The position numbers and the translations under genes were made by a program. The notes under the pieces are model-generated. The model saw only the letters and a program-made list of their open reading frames with translations. It did not search any database and was not told the origin of the DNA. DNA of 61,478 nt, filler included, from Choristocarpus tenellus KU-1152 (lineage: Eukaryota; Protista; Phaeophyceae), in assembly GCA_964200185.2 (NCBI GenBank). It is 13 parts of 13 records of this genome, joined end to end, with 100 filler letters (N's around TTAATTAATTAA, not from the genome) between each part and the next. Parts side by side here need not be neighbours in the genome. Positions count along the whole stretch, not along the records: positions 1 to 8,264 come from CAXNAD020004920.1; positions 8,365 to 11,199 come from CAXNAD020024329.1; positions 11,300 to 14,715 come from CAXNAD020020185.1; 10 more parts are not named here. The stretch is one strand, 5' to 3'. Numbering within the stretch: the first letter of the stretch is position 1; the number at the start of each line of letters is the position of its first letter. Shown one piece after another: positions 1 through 13,750 of this stretch.

Positions 1-50
1 TCGTGCGTCGCCTCCGGGCCCCAACAACAGCCTAGGTTGTGGAGCCTGTT

Positions 51-225
51 AGGGGGGGGGGGGGGGGGGGGTGGGGTCTACACCAGGGTGTCCATTTAGA
101 CGAAAATCAGGAAAAGTGCATTTACATTATCCATCTGACATATGCAACCAAGTCACCCAAAAATAGCGATATGAAAAATTGACCCCAAATGGACTGCCGC
201 CACCCCCACCCAGATACTTTGAGCC
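51..225 (+). mobile_element. MITE family A (left TIR obscured by a G-run)
   Basis: Internal sequence matches the other A copies; ends CCCAGATACTTTGAGCC. Confidence 0.85.
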
Positions 226-2119
226 GTTACTGCACTGGGGTACGTCCATTACACACCCAAGGAAGGACTCAACAAGATCACCCTGTGTTTCCAATCACAG
301 AACTAAAACCTTTCCAAACATATCTCACACCATACGCGCAGACATTGCTCCCATAAGAAGGGAGGATCAACTCACCTATTTGTAACGACTTGACTCACTC
401 CTTGAAGATTCAAATAATTTTTTGTTGTCGGGGTGTTTGAACATGCGAAATAAATGCAGGGAACTCAATTACTACCCCATCACCAGGACGAGGATACTCA
501 AAATATGAGTATCGTGAACGACCCTACATCAGGAACACACATGAGGATGACTACTACGGTTGCAAACTTAACAATGCAACATAGCATTCATCGTCTGATC
601 ACAATTTATTTTATTCTGAAACCAAACATCCCATCACCAATGTATGCATACGAAACCAACTAATTGATCACTATAAAATAGATACCACAACTATCGCACA
701 GCAAATAATAAAGATAGAGGTCACCAGTTCAGTATCGGATTCAATCTTCCTCACCCTTTCACTCCGTATCTACCTAAAATTGCATTCAAAATCTTACTCT
801 GTGCTATTTGTAGCATCTGATTTGTGTATGACCCCATGCAGATGAACCGACATCATGTATGTGTCTAATGTACCCGTTTCTAGATTTATTTTCTCTTTTT
901 ATATAGATCAGTGTGATTGCCACATGATTCACACCTTGAACAACATTTCATTTCCGTAAACAATGTTAACACTTTGTGTTTGCATTTATTTCCCTATTTC
1001 GTACGGAAAATGTGTTATATGTAGCTTGTTCTAGAGGTGTTACGAGCATAGCGCAGTGTTGTATGATATTTTTGAACTGGAGTGTTACAGATATTACATA
1101 GTGTTACATATATTTTCCTTGTCAGTGTTACAGGTGGAATATAATGTTGCCTTTGAACTTATCACACATTATGTCATAGTACAAACATACTGCTAAAACA
1201 TAGGTTTTGCTGTAACACTTTCTGCTAAAAAACATTTAACATCGTAACATTTGTTATGACATCACGTAATGGCGAGTGTATACTGTGTCATTGAGGGTAT
1301 CTACATGAGATTAATAAAATCAAACGAAAGGGATAGAACTTCTGGATTTGCCATCACATACCATCATCATCACGATACAATTGAAAAAGAAACATAGCAG
1401 AGGGTACGAAAATGCTGAGAAGCAGTACTTTATGTCAAGTTTGCCGAAAAGTAGTGCAATATTTCCTATTTCATTCTCAGCTATGGCTGAAGACGGCAGC
1501 ACAGATAAACCCATGTTGTTTCCAGAGATACTATGTTGCCAAGAGTGCAGGGGCGGTTGTCACTTCCCCCACGAGAAACATCTTGATCTCTGTCGCGGCA
1601 GAGATTCCAACCGGCGGTTCCAATAACACAGTCGCCGCTTGTAGCAGCATGACTGGTAGCAATGCCACTGACACCAGCAAGTCTTCATTGGTAGTGCCTG
1701 AGATCGTCAGGATAGCAATCTCTCCCTTCATACTCCAGATGAATTTGTGAAGTCAAAGTTGCCAGCAAAGATTGCGGACTGTTGGCCAACATAGACTGGG
1801 ACTTGCAAGTAGAGGAAAAACTCCAAAAAGGTTTACCCTCTGAATTTCCCCGATTTACTGGTTTACAAGCATGACATTCTGGCGGAAGCTTATAGGGACT
1901 CCTTCATTAAGATTGAAAAGAGCAACACCTTCCCTGCCAAGGATGATATCCATAGACGCAAGTCTGTGGTTTAGAAGAAAACGTGGGTGAGTGGGAGGTG
2001 TAAAACTGCAGGCTATAATACATTTGAGGTATAGCTTAGTATGCTATGCATCTACCGCTGTGCTATAGGATGGCTTCTGCGTAGCTGGGCAAGTGCTCGC
2101 AAGAGAGACTCAATGGACC

Positions 2120-2382
2120 GAGTCAAACCAATTAATTGAGAGGTAGGCGGCTTCGGACCCTTTTGCATTCTAAGCCATCTTTCTTACCCTGTGCAATGCA
2201 CCCTATTACATTGCTTTATGAACACAATCGTGAATGCAAAATCGACGTTCCCCCTCTCAACACTCAATGTGACACCACAATTTACCAAAGGCTCTTTCTG
2301 CAGTTGTACAAAATGACATCTTTTTGCTCATTTTCTGGATCCCTAAAATGCAACCCTGCTTACCTCTTAATTGGTTTGACTC
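2120..2382 (+). mobile_element. MITE family C, TSD ACC
   Basis: ACC|GAGTCAAACCAATTAA...TTAATTGGTTTGACTC|ACC; the internal AAGCCATCTTTCTTACCCTG is shared with 59123-59569. Confidence 0.88.
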
Positions 2383-3199
2383 ACCCAACAAATGCCGAGA
2401 TGGTGTTCGTTTGCTGGTGGGAATACAATTCCACTCCAGTGGAAGTGCCAGCGCCGTCAGGAACAACAACCCCCCCTTGGAGTTTCATAAAACGGACTGA
2501 AAAACGTACTCCACCCCCCACTATGATTCGTGTTGTGAGAGGGTATCATTTGGCCGAGTGTACATATCGTCACGATAGTGTATTGTTTTTAATGCATATA
2601 TATATACATGTAACCATCGATACTGTTATTCTGAATGGCGTTAACTTCAAGTTCAAAATGATATCCTTCCATAGGAAGAATCAGAGTTGTGTGTGGTCAC
2701 CATTAGGTTCCTCATGAAGAGTAGGGTCTGTTGGACTCAATACCAGAAATCCGTTAGTACATCCCCATCGAGAACACCGTACTTCCATGCAATAATAGTT
2801 GGTGCAACCTATCTGATAGGCCAACACGCTTGATACGACATACTATTGACACACACCTGTGTCTTCAATAGACGCTATGCCTCTAAACTTCGGGTCACTT
2901 TTTTTAGTGAATGTACCACACCACCACCATTCCTGAGAACGCCCCCCAAAACAACCTTTTTGTCTTTTTCTAGCAAGTGTGACAACCTGTCACTCTAAAA
3001 TGATAGTATTTTATGATACCTACAAAATTACTTTCCACCACAGATTGTACCTTTTATAGACATAGGACGAAACATCAATATTGATACAAACAGAGAATTT
3101 ATGTCATGGTCAATTGGCTTCATTTCGCCAGAACATAGTTGAACAACATTGTACCAGCACAGTAGAGTGGTACAAGAGGCAAAGAAGAGTATCAAAAAT

Positions 3200-6100
3200 A
3201 TGAATGAATTGCCAGCGGAAGGGGATGGTGGAGATGTACTCTTCAGATGGGGTGGTGGGAATGCCAAGGAAGTGTCCGTGCTGGGTTCATGGTCCAGATG
3301 GGTACGTGCAGCAAAAGCAAGGAGAAAATAGTTCACTCTGACTCCATAGGGTTGGGTTCAACGTATACGCCAATTAGGATAGTGACAATATCCCTGAATG
3401 TAGGATGGGTATATGCCGATCTTTCTGACCTCGTATGCTTAATGACATAATTAACCAAAGCGAAAATGGATGCACAATGAGGAATGTCTCTCTCTCTGAT
3501 CTCGAATGTTAAATGATGAGGACACGTGGTATGTGGGGTTTTGAAGTTGAGTGAATGCCTCGAGAGTAAGAATTGGGGACTGTGAGTAGATGTACGGTCG
3601 GAGAGATGATTAAAAACGAGATGCGATAGTTAAAAGGGATTGGATGAGAGCATATTAGAAAATATGGAGGTAAAGAAGAGTACACCAATATAAAGAGGTG
3701 GGGAGGGGAATGATTAATCGTAGCTCCTGCACCACCCTGTGTAAAGTAAGTCTCTATCATGGATGTGCTTCATAGTATATAGCAAGAAGCTCAAATGTTT
3801 CTCATAATCTATGTAATCATCAGACATAGATTGCAGATCAATCAATTTATAATCCTCTCTCATTGCTTGTTGAGCTAAATCAGGATTTGCAAATCATTGC
3901 CAAATATTCAAAGGAGCATTGTTATATAATCAACTAAAGCGAAAATGGATGCACAAGGCGGTATCGATGTCAGCACGAGCCCTCAAGGGAATCGTTGAAC
4001 TTGTTGACAGCAGTGTCCACCAACAAATCTTCTCCAGTATTGATATTTTGCTTAGCATTTAATTGGCATTAATGTAACCGTGAACTCTTGTGCCTTTTCT
4101 GTCTTTATTTTGGCAGAGAGACAAGTTGGTCCTGAATGTTGAAGATGACGTTTTTCGAAGGGGGAAGCTGTTCTCTGGCACCTATCGCGTTCCCTTTGGA
4201 CGCCACCTGTTCTTCTTCCTGGTCGATGGCAAGAAGATGCATGATGCCCAGGTAGGTTATAAAATTACTTGGCCCTTTGAATGGTGTAGCCATTCCGCAC
4301 CCTAGCCCTGACGTTAGAGAGGCTTTTTGTTCCACGGACCAGGTGAGTGGGAGCCTTGACAAGGAAATTGAACTGGAGAGATATACTGATGGCTTCGCGT
4401 CGACGTTACGTGGGAAAAGGACCAAGAGATAACGTAACTGGCGTTGGTGCGCTTGAGCATTCGACGGAAAGCAAGTGGGCCTTTCCAAGACAGGCCGTGC
4501 TCTACTGCAACTGCAATACTTACGTTCTAGCCCTTCCAGTTCTCCCCCTTCCTTTCCCAACCTTTAATCAGAATGTCTGCGACTTCACCTAATAGGTTTA
4601 ATTGAGTGGGGTTTGATGGACTTGATTAACAGTACTTTATCAGCAAGACGTCTCAACTGCATGAGTTCTGTTTGAGATGGAATGTACGGTGAAGTACGAA
4701 TCATGTCTTAACATATACGTTGTATTGCTCTTTGGGATATTGGTGGATGCAAGTGACTCTTGGAGTGCATATAGTCTCTCCTCACAGAAATATTTTCATA
4801 GCCTTTTAAGCTATCTCCTTATCTCTCTCACCCCCCTCACCTCCCACTCCTCCTCCTGGGTGCACAATTGTTTTGGCATAGCTCCGCAGTGTGTGGGATG
4901 AGGAGGGAAAGGAAGGACGATTGTGTAACGTTGTGAACGTCTATACTGACAATCCTCTTCGTCTGCAGCTTCCAGAGAAGGTGTGATTTTTCAGTGGGAA
5001 TGGATCTAGGTTGTGGTAGAGCAAGTATTGTTGGAGCTAGAATATTATGTAGTACTCACTAGTTGTGGGTTCTGACTCAGTATCAGAGTTGGTTCATTTA
5101 CCAGAACTTGTGTAGTAAGAGGTATACATTTTCTCATTATATTCGTACCTACATTGAAGTCCTCACCAAGTTTGTCCATCTATTCAGTCAGTGCTTCAAT
5201 CTGTTATTCCTCAGAAGGTATAGGTGATGATAACTGGTAAGTCTCTTCCAATATTCAATAATCCAGGGGTTGGAGCACCACCTTGGCCCTGCACACTACT
5301 GTGGTGTTAAGGGTTAGGGTTGAATATTAAGGTGGATGTGCGGTATAATGTTAACCTATTGATCTTTAGTAACTAGGACTGGCTTGGAGAAAGAAGTAGT
5401 TGTCACGTATTTGAACCTGCAGATTTCAAATGTGTTCCTCTCTAGGTTTGTTAAAATTGAGCTGCAACTGTCGTTGTTGCACTTAATTAACCACTGCAAG
5501 GGGTGGCGTGTACCAGTATATATTTATATACATTTGGCTGGTGGCCAGCAAATGATTGTGCATGATGAGTGTTTGCTGCCATGGAAAAACACTGTACTCA
5601 CTTTCTTTCACGGTCTATAGTTCAGCTAATCCCCACAAAGACAAGAGTCCTTTTTTTGTATGTTGGTGTGTGTATAGCAGCTCCCGGTCAGTAGCACTGA
5701 CTCCTACATACATCTGCCCAGGGGTTGTGCTCAACAGCTCTTATCAATGGTACATGTCTACCTGATGGTAGAGTGTGACAAGCAATTTTTGTGCTCTCTC
5801 TGTACAATATCTGGACAGTATGACCATTTGTTTTTCTCTGATGAGGCCTTCTTCACCAATGTTTGTGTGTATTGATGGTGATGAACTGCACCAATTGGAA
5901 AATCTGCGAATGTTTTCTTACAGCTCTTGTGTGCTCGACCTGGGACAGTAATTGTCACCTCGAGTTGCATGTACTCTTCCTCACCCTCCAAGTCTTGAAG
6001 GTTGTGGTAAATTAAAAAAAATTCTGACCGTTTAAAACAAAGGTTTTGTTATTTTCAATGGTTTTCAGGGTGGGGAAACTGTGTTCAACCCGACTACAGC

Positions 6101-8264
6101 AACAAACACCATTTTTTATGCTTGTTTGCATCCACCCCCTGTGGACTCAAACATCGTGGCAAGGCAGATTCCTTTGTGTGGAATGGGAATGTGCCCTCAG
6201 CGTGATTGGTATGGTGTAGTATTTTGATGTGAGGCAGGCAGGGTAGATACCATCTTCAAGGGGCGTATGACCAGCACAACCAAGCTCAACAAGACCACAC
6301 TATTGTTGCGCTCAGAATATATATTTTGGGGAGGTTAGGGAACACAACATTTTATTGCTTTTTTACCTTGTTGGACAGGAAGAAGTGTTCTGGTGTATCA
6401 TAGCACTTGGGTTTGTTACAATTCAAATGATGAAATAATAATAGGTCTAGAAATGGAAGGTCTGTTTCATTTGTTTTCTCATGCGTATGTGTGCTATGCA
6501 CTCAAGCAAGGACTTTTGTGTGGACTGCCTTACTGTCCCCTGGACCGCCCGGTGCTTTTCCTTCAATTACTGCATGTATGCATGTATTTGATCTTTAGAT
6601 CAAATGCATTGAAAGGTCTGAGTCAATTCAATGCCAATCTGAACACATCTGTAGATATGATGGGTTGATATGCGATATACTATGTTGTGACGGGTTTTGT
6701 ATAGTTGGTTTTAAGATCTCACTAAAGAGGACAGCAAGTGCCTTGGTGAGCTGGTTCAATCAGGATCCTTGTGGAAGTTGGGCCGGGCAGGACCTTCTGA
6801 TGGTACCTATCTGCCAAGTACAACTTCATTCTGGTGTCAAACAAAATGAATGACTGTGTATGAGTCCTGCTTGTCCCTGCCGAGTTTCTGCCAACTGAAG
6901 GGCTGCTCTATACAGGAAGTCTTTACTCAGGAGTGTTGATATATCTAATTTTGGACGGAAGATTATGTTCTGGCATGGTCCATGATAATGCCTCTAAAAT
7001 CATGTTCGCCAGAACACTTGCAAAGGCTGCCCAAAATGTTGGGCAGCAGTACTAAAATCACTTGGTTTTAGACTGCGGTTGTCAGACATGGGTTCAGACA
7101 AAATGTACCAGACTTTGAGGTATTCGATGTTGTCTTCTGAATGTTGATTAATTCTCACAAAACCTTTAGATTCGTGGCAGTAATCACTATCTCTGTGGAG
7201 GTATTAGTGGGGAAAAGGTGAAGAGGGAAGAAAATACACATGACTTTTGTGTCTTTTACCAGATGTCACTTGCAGGTGCTTGCTCCCTTTAGCGATTCTT
7301 CTTGTTCTGTTTAAGCACCAGAACCTATAGTGGTACCATACATTATATATATATGTCGAAGTACAACTATTATTGACGGGGGGGGGGGGGGGGGGAGGGG
7401 GGGTGGCAGAGATAAGAAGGTCAACCCGGTATAANNNNNNNNNNATTTTTTGTCTATTATCTTATTTTTATAGTTGAGAAAAAATATTATTTGTGGGGGG
7501 GGGGGGGGGGGGGGAGTCAGGAGTGGTTGCAGAGATAAGGAAGTCAACCCTGTATAAGCTCAAGCACTCTGGTTGGAAATCAGTTGTATTAGGGGGTGCT
7601 GACAGTTGATATTTGTGTTGCGCATTCCTCGCTGGTGTTACTTCCTGTCCTTTTTGCTGTGCTCTGTCTACAAGTTATTAAATGACATTCAATGGCTGCG
7701 TGTTTGATGTAGTTTTTTTTTACAAGACGACCCTCCTCCCTTGTCCCTCCGTCCATAAATTAACCTGGAAAAACTCTCTCTTTGGCATGAATCAGGACGG
7801 CCCGAAGGAAAGTCCTGAGGAACGTGACTTCATCAATACCCTCCGAGAGTTTGAACTTCGTACACCAACCACTGAGAGGAAAGTGGTGAATGCAAGAGAG
7901 GGGAAGAGAGGATGTGCAAAGGCGGAGCTTGATGAGGGTGCTCTTGCTCCTCAAGCCATGGAAGCAGCAATTGTGGGTGGGGTTGAGTCTGGACCTGAGA
8001 TAGGAGCCGGACTAGGGATGGGCATGAAGATGACTCTACCAGGGGAGGGTGGGGCAGGGACAATGAGGGTGATGGGAAGACCTGGAATGCTTGACCAGAC
8101 TCGGAGTGTGGGAGGTGTTGTAGAGTCCACAAGGATGGATCAGGCTTTGTTGGGGCTTGAGCCTGGAGTTGGACTCCAGGGCATGGGCAGTGGAAAGGGG
8201 GGGATGGGGGGGATGGGGGCAGGGGGGGTGTTGCTTCCTGCGGTTGGCGTGTCAGCTCAACAGG
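3200..8264 (+). CDS. Spliced gene, 3'-partial: N-terminal CBM48 (AMPK-beta/SNF1 glycogen-binding-like) domain followed by a Gly/Met-rich region. Exons 3200-3301, 4117-4251, 4882-4980, 7796-8264
   Basis: Phase-0 GT-AG joins give MNELPAEGDGGDVLFRWGGGNAKEVSVLGSWSRW|RDKLVL...GTYRVPFGRHLFFFLVDGKKMHDAQ|LRSVWDEEGKEGRLCNVVNVY..., matching the CBM48 pattern (FxW..gxVxVxGSwxxW; GxhxyxFxVDGxwxxD; NxvxV). Linking the fourth exon is less certain. Confidence 0.8.
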
Positions 8265-8364
8265 NNNNNNNNNNNNNNNNNNNNNNNNNNNNNNNNNNNN
8301 NNNNNNNNTTAATTAATTAANNNNNNNNNNNNNNNNNNNNNNNNNNNNNNNNNNNNNNNNNNNN
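8265..8364. other. Artificial contig-joining linker (first of 12; others at 11200-11299, 14716-14815, 18322-18421, 20964-21063, 25148-25247, 27820-27919, 33865-33964, 39431-39530, 45390-45489, 49080-49179, 52766-52865)
   Basis: Identical 44N-TTAATTAATTAA-44N spacer, with stop codons in all six frames, occurs 12 times; the sequences on either side are unrelated. Confidence 0.99.
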
Positions 8365-8755
8365 CAGCTCTTCATGTGCACGCCCCCCCAACAACCCCCC
8401 CTTTTCCCGTGCCAAAACCCACCCCCCCCCCCCCCCCACTACAAACCATACCAACTAGCTTTCAGAACAATTTCAAACATCTTGACACCAGCAGACCTCT
8501 CCCAGTTGCACCACCACCCTCCCCCTCTTTCTTACCTATCCCCCTATTGTGTCCTCCCAACATTCACCCTCACCCCCACCATGTACTGCTCTAGAGCAAC
8601 ACACTACAGCTCCAGAGTAGTAACAAGTATCACATCTCTTTTTGAAGTGCACAAACCCATCCATTAAGCATCTCTCTACCCTTCACCTCCCTCCGCCCAC
8701 CAACCCACCCAAAAAAGCTCTTATCTAACCCCTTCACTCCCAGCGCCCATCTCAC

Positions 8756-10327
8756 AATGAACTGAGTGCTTGACCAGAAGACCTTAAGGATGAGCTTCAC
8801 CACCTATCAAGGCATCACATGCAGTAAAACAGGGGAAAGAGGAGAGAGGGTGGGTGCTCAAACATCACCCGAAGAGCCTGGTAGGACCAATCAAATTACA
8901 CATATTCTAAACTAAATAAAAAACGAGTACAATGATAGCAGTAGCAACAGCACAACAGAACTCTCCGAGAAATTTCTTCCCTACCCCCCCCCCCCCCCCC
9001 CCCCCACAAAAAACAAAAAAATTAATTNNNNNNNNNNCCCCCCAAAAAAATAGAATCTCAATTTTTTGTTTTTAAAGGCACACAATAAAATAATAAAAAA
9101 CTGACAAAAGAAAACTACCCACACAACTTGCAGAGAATAAAATAAAAGAACTAGTCCCAGAACCAAACTATAAAATAAAAAGAACGAGAGTTCTATACAT
9201 TAAAACACACAACACAACACAACACACACACAAACAAACACACACAAAAATCAAAACTAAAATACCTGCCCCGCCTCAACAGAATCCTGGGCAACCAACT
9301 GGAGAGACATGACTTGCAGCAGCGGGTAAGTGGCACGCATGATGGCAATCAGGGGGGCACGTGTGTCCTTGGCCTTGTACTCATACCGCTTCACCACCTT
9401 CCGCAAGGCCAGCATAGCATTGTGTACCCTGCAAATGCATACATCACAATAAAATAAATAAAAGGTTTCTTGACGTCCAATTGAAACAAATTTAGTGAGG
9501 GATATGCCTCGCCACTATGATGACAAAAGAATGGATGGATGGATGGATGGATAACTACATGCTACTGCACTAGAAGAACACTTGATTAAAGAAAATAAAT
9601 AACATCTTGACACAAAAAAATACAACCTGTGATTCAAAATATCCTACTGATGGTGTAGTTATCAGAGTACACACTTCTTGGAAGGCGTACACACAATTTT
9701 ACAAAAAAAAAGAAAATGAATGCCACAAAAAAAGAAAATTCTAAACGCACGTTGAAATTATCTTCCTTAAAAAAAACTAAAAATTTAAAATATGTAACTG
9801 CATATACACTACGTAAGGTGCTTGACATTTCAACTGCACAAGAGTCAAAACGTAAAAGGCACACAAACACACACATACACACAATTTTAAATTACTCAAC
9901 TTAATATGTTCTAAAAAATACAACATTTTTTAATTAATTAATTAATTCAATTCCACAAAAACGATCATCCACAAATGAAACAACTTATAACCCACACCGC
10001 GTACCCAAGAACACAAACCACACCTATCATAAAAGAAAAAGAATTTTAAAACAAAAAATAAATTACACACACCCTTCAAGAAGAAAAATATATATTCAAC
10101 CACACACAAAACCCACAAAAGAATCGCCACTCATAACATACACACATAACATACATGACCAAGAAATTCGTAACATGCACACAAACACACACTCACAACA
10201 TTTTTTGTAAGTTTACTTTTACAAAAAACACTCACAACATTTTTTGTAAGTTTACTTTTACAAAAAACACTCACACACACACACACAAAAATTACACGTA
10301 TCTTTTTATAGTTTTTCTTTTACAAAT

Positions 10328-10361
<34 letters not shown>

Positions 10362-10537
10362 CTGGAACATACACATACCTCAAGGCATCACCACTCTGAA
10401 ACTGAGAGACAAGTGTTGGCACCAGTGTACCCCACTTGTGTGGATAGTCGTGACAAGCCATTTCCTTAACTGTCTCTGCCAAGATGTCTCGGACACTGCT
10501 ATCTGTCTCACGGAAGAGTGCCTCCAACACACTCATT
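8756..10537 (-). CDS. Importin-7/8 (IPO7/SAD2-like) internal fragment. Exons 10537-10379, 9428-9266, 8803-8756
   Basis: Phase-consistent GT-AG splicing gives ...VRDILAETVKEMACHDYPHKWGTLVPTLVSQFQSGDALR|VHNAMLALRKVVKRYEYKAKDTRAPL...YPLL...|VVKLILKVFWSSTQF. The DYPxxW, LxKxYEYK and KxIxKxF motifs are characteristic of importin-7/8 HEAT repeats. Confidence 0.9.
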
Positions 10538-11511
10538 CTGATTTTTATTTATACACACACACAAATAACACACACATAGCACACAACAAATACCCAAGGT
10601 GCATCCAACATTCAAATATTAACAAAAATGCCCATGGGGGGGGGGGGGGGAGGGGTGAGAGCCGGGAGAGGGAAAGAGAAATAATATGCATCATCAATAC
10701 ATGTGAAAACTCAGCACGAATAACATGTGAAATAGTTAAAATAATTTAATCAAGGTGAAAATAATAAAACGTTTTTTACTTTCCTTTTATTTTTTTTGTC
10801 CACTGGTTGACTGGGGTTAGGGTTAGGGCTGAGGGTGGCTGGCGGTCCAGTAGGCTTTTTTTGTTCTATGCTATGTATTTGAATCTTCAATGCATTGTTT
10901 TGCTGGGGAGGGGGGGGGGAAGCGGGGGAGGATAATTATTTTTCACAATTATTTTTCTCTTCTGATCGGCAGAATCTAGCGTCAGGGTTAGGGATTAGAA
11001 GGATTTCAATTAAGGAATCGGGTACTGCCAACAAGAGTCAACAAGAGTCCTCCCGAGATGGAACAATCAATTAAAATCTCTCTCCCCACCTGACAGCACA
11101 GTTTTGAAAAAAAAAAAAGACCCCAAGGGAGGAAAAAATAAAAAAAAAAAAAAAACGCTCGAGCGTGTGTAAAAAAAAATGCACAACAGACAAACTACAN
11201 NNNNNNNNNNNNNNNNNNNNNNNNNNNNNNNNNNNNNNNNNNNTTAATTAATTAANNNNNNNNNNNNNNNNNNNNNNNNNNNNNNNNNNNNNNNNNNNNA
11301 GAGGTGACAGGGAGGAAACCAATGAAAACTATATACATATGTATATATAAAATGTCCTAAACATAAGAATACTATAAGACATTGCGTAGATAGCATATCA
11401 GGCATGTGATACAGAAAAAGTACGAGTGAGTGTAAATAAATACCCAACCGTGATTGCAGTAGAATAGTAATAACAATATCAAAATTAGAAAATAATTTTT
11501 GGGGCAATGAC

Positions 11512-13750
11512 TGTGCAAAATAGGACAATAGTAAGGTGTACCTTATTTTACGTATGAGAGATTAGCCATGTGTCCATGTGATGCAAGTAATGAGATAGTA
11601 CATCCGGATTATGAATGGGATTATGTATGGGTTTTTATTCTGCATTTGACTACTTTGACATAACCGTTGACTTAGGTAGGAAGCACAAAATAATAATAAA
11701 ACAAGCAATAATGAGAAGATACCCCACAAAGGTCACTCTTCTAATTTCAACCATGTAATCACGTTCAGCAATGGGGAACCGTGCGAGGCTTCACACCTTG
11801 TCTTCACTACTGATAAATAATATTACCTCCCAAGGAAAATTGCACAGGTTATGAGCCTTAGTAGTATGGAGAAAAGGAACAGGTGATGGGCCTCAACGAC
11901 ATGAAGAAGTTGCCCAACTGGACTGGAGCGCACGGAGGACGAGATCCCCGTGCAGCTCAACGGAGGACGTGCGGAGGACTAGATCCCCGTGCAGTTCATA
12001 ACAAGACCCGATATAAGCTACAGGAAGCTGAAACGGGCAATAGTCTCATCATCGTCATACCAACAAAGTGGACCTGCACCTTCGACAAAAATGGGAAGCT
12101 GGAGGCTAAGGAGACATGGGATATGGTACGATCGATAACAAGCAAGAACTGGAGGTCAAGGGGGATACTTTGGGTATCTGGTATGCCATGCCGAATATTG
12201 AGCACTGGGATCCTATGACAAGATGACGGAGATAATCGAGGCAATGCAGCCTGAGCCTGAGCCTGAGCCTGAGCCACAATAATCTTCCTATGGATCTGGA
12301 GCAGTCGTCAAAACACTCGTCACTGAGGGGGCATGCCCATCGATTGGAGAGCCCAAGATTCTTGCTTACGGAATGAGAAAAGCAATTGCTGTACCTGCCA
12401 CTAGGGGAGCAGGACATTAGCAGGAGCAGTTGCTAAGCCTCCACCAGAAGGGAAAGGAGGAGCTAACCGCGGGGAGTCTGGGAGCACTCTAGCCGCTGGA
12501 CCATAAACTCGTGGAAGGGAACACAAAAGGTCAGCGGAGGAGGCGGCCAAGGTACAACCGGTCAACGTACGGACCATATTACAACAGGATCCCCTACCAG
12601 AGACGAGATCAGGACCAATAGAAGATGTTTTAAACTGTGGACTGATCAAGCATATTGGTCCTTGTTCTTTCTAAGGAATATGCTACAACTGTGGAGGTAA
12701 AGGACACCTTAAGATCATTTGTTGCCAGAGGAGGTCGACACCGTCTAAACAGGCGGAGGAAATAGCTGGACTAGGGTTGGAGCCAGAAAAGAAAAACAGA
12801 GGAAGCTTGTCAGCAAAGGGCTGCCTGCACAAGACTTGCAAGTCTGGGGAGTAAACAATATCTACTCCAGACCATCAAGAACCATTTTGTATATCAGAGG
12901 CACTCACGGGGCCTGACACGCGAGAATGGCAAGCGGCAATTGAGAAGACGGAGCAACAATGGATGAAAGGAACATTCATAGAGGGAGAGGTTTTGACATG
13001 GGGAAGAAATCCTGTCAAGACTAAGTCTGAATTTAAAATATAGTCAGCAGCTGAGGGGACTATTGAACAGTTGAAGGCCAGGTTGGTGGTACAGGACTTC
13101 ACTCAACCAGTGGATGTACAAAACATTCAATTATGATAGGCTTCAAGCCTGGGGGAGTGAGTGCTTAGTCCAACAAGAGAAACAGCAGAAGGGGGCTGGT
13201 TCAAATTTTCACCCATACACTAAGCGAGGGATCATCATGGGACACGATTGTACATCACTGTTTTGGTAGATCTAAAGGAGCAGGTAGAAGACTCGTAGAC
13301 ACTGTGTTGACTAGATGAATGACGTACGTTAGAGTTGAAGCAATCAGTGTTTTTTTACTGCGTTGACGGGATAAATGTGATGTGTGTGAGAGTCGAACCA
13401 ATCTGTCTTCTCTTACTTCCACTCTCATGGGGGAGTGTGCAAAATAGGACAATAGTGAGGTGTACCTTATTTTGTGTATGAGAGATGTAAGTAATGAGAT
13501 GGTACATCCTGATTATGAATGGGATTATGTAGGGGTTTTTATTTTGCATTCAATTACTTTGATGTAACCATGGACTTATGAATGAGGCACAAAATAATAA
13601 TAAAACAAGCAATGAGATGACACCCTTCAAAGGTTACTCTTCTAATTTCAACCATGTAATCACGTTCAGCAATGGGGAACCGTGTGAGGCTTCACACCTT
13701 CTTGTCTTCACTATTGATAAATAGCATTACCACCCAAGGTATATGGCACA
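11512..13750 (+). mobile_element. Internally deleted Ty1/copia LTR retrotransposon: 5' LTR 11512-11846, PBS GGTTATGAGCC at 11847, degenerate gag/RT remnants, PPT ATGGGGGAG, 3' LTR 13436-13750
   Basis: Two related ~320-335 bp TG...CA direct repeats. An RT remnant near 13000-13120 reads KTKSEFKI*SAAEGTIEQLKARLVVQDFTQ (copia KARLVAxGF motif). The flanks ATGAC/GACTC do not form a clean 5-bp TSD. Confidence 0.88.

Noticed and set aside
1340-1970. Coding-like GC-richer stretch with overlapping ORFs
   Set aside because: Interrupted in all frames with no recognisable motif; possibly an old TE remnant but unsupported.
3453-3957. ~25-bp direct repeat AAAGCGAAAATGGATGCACAA about 480 bp apart
   Set aside because: Isolated intronic duplication with no further structure to support a call.
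5600-7150. Possible decayed transposon in the third intron of the CBM48 gene
   Set aside because: No identifiable catalytic motif, TIR or TSD.
7360-7556. Direct duplication around a 10-N gap
   Set aside because: Overlapping, error-rich contig ends at a poly-G tract; a scaffolding artefact.
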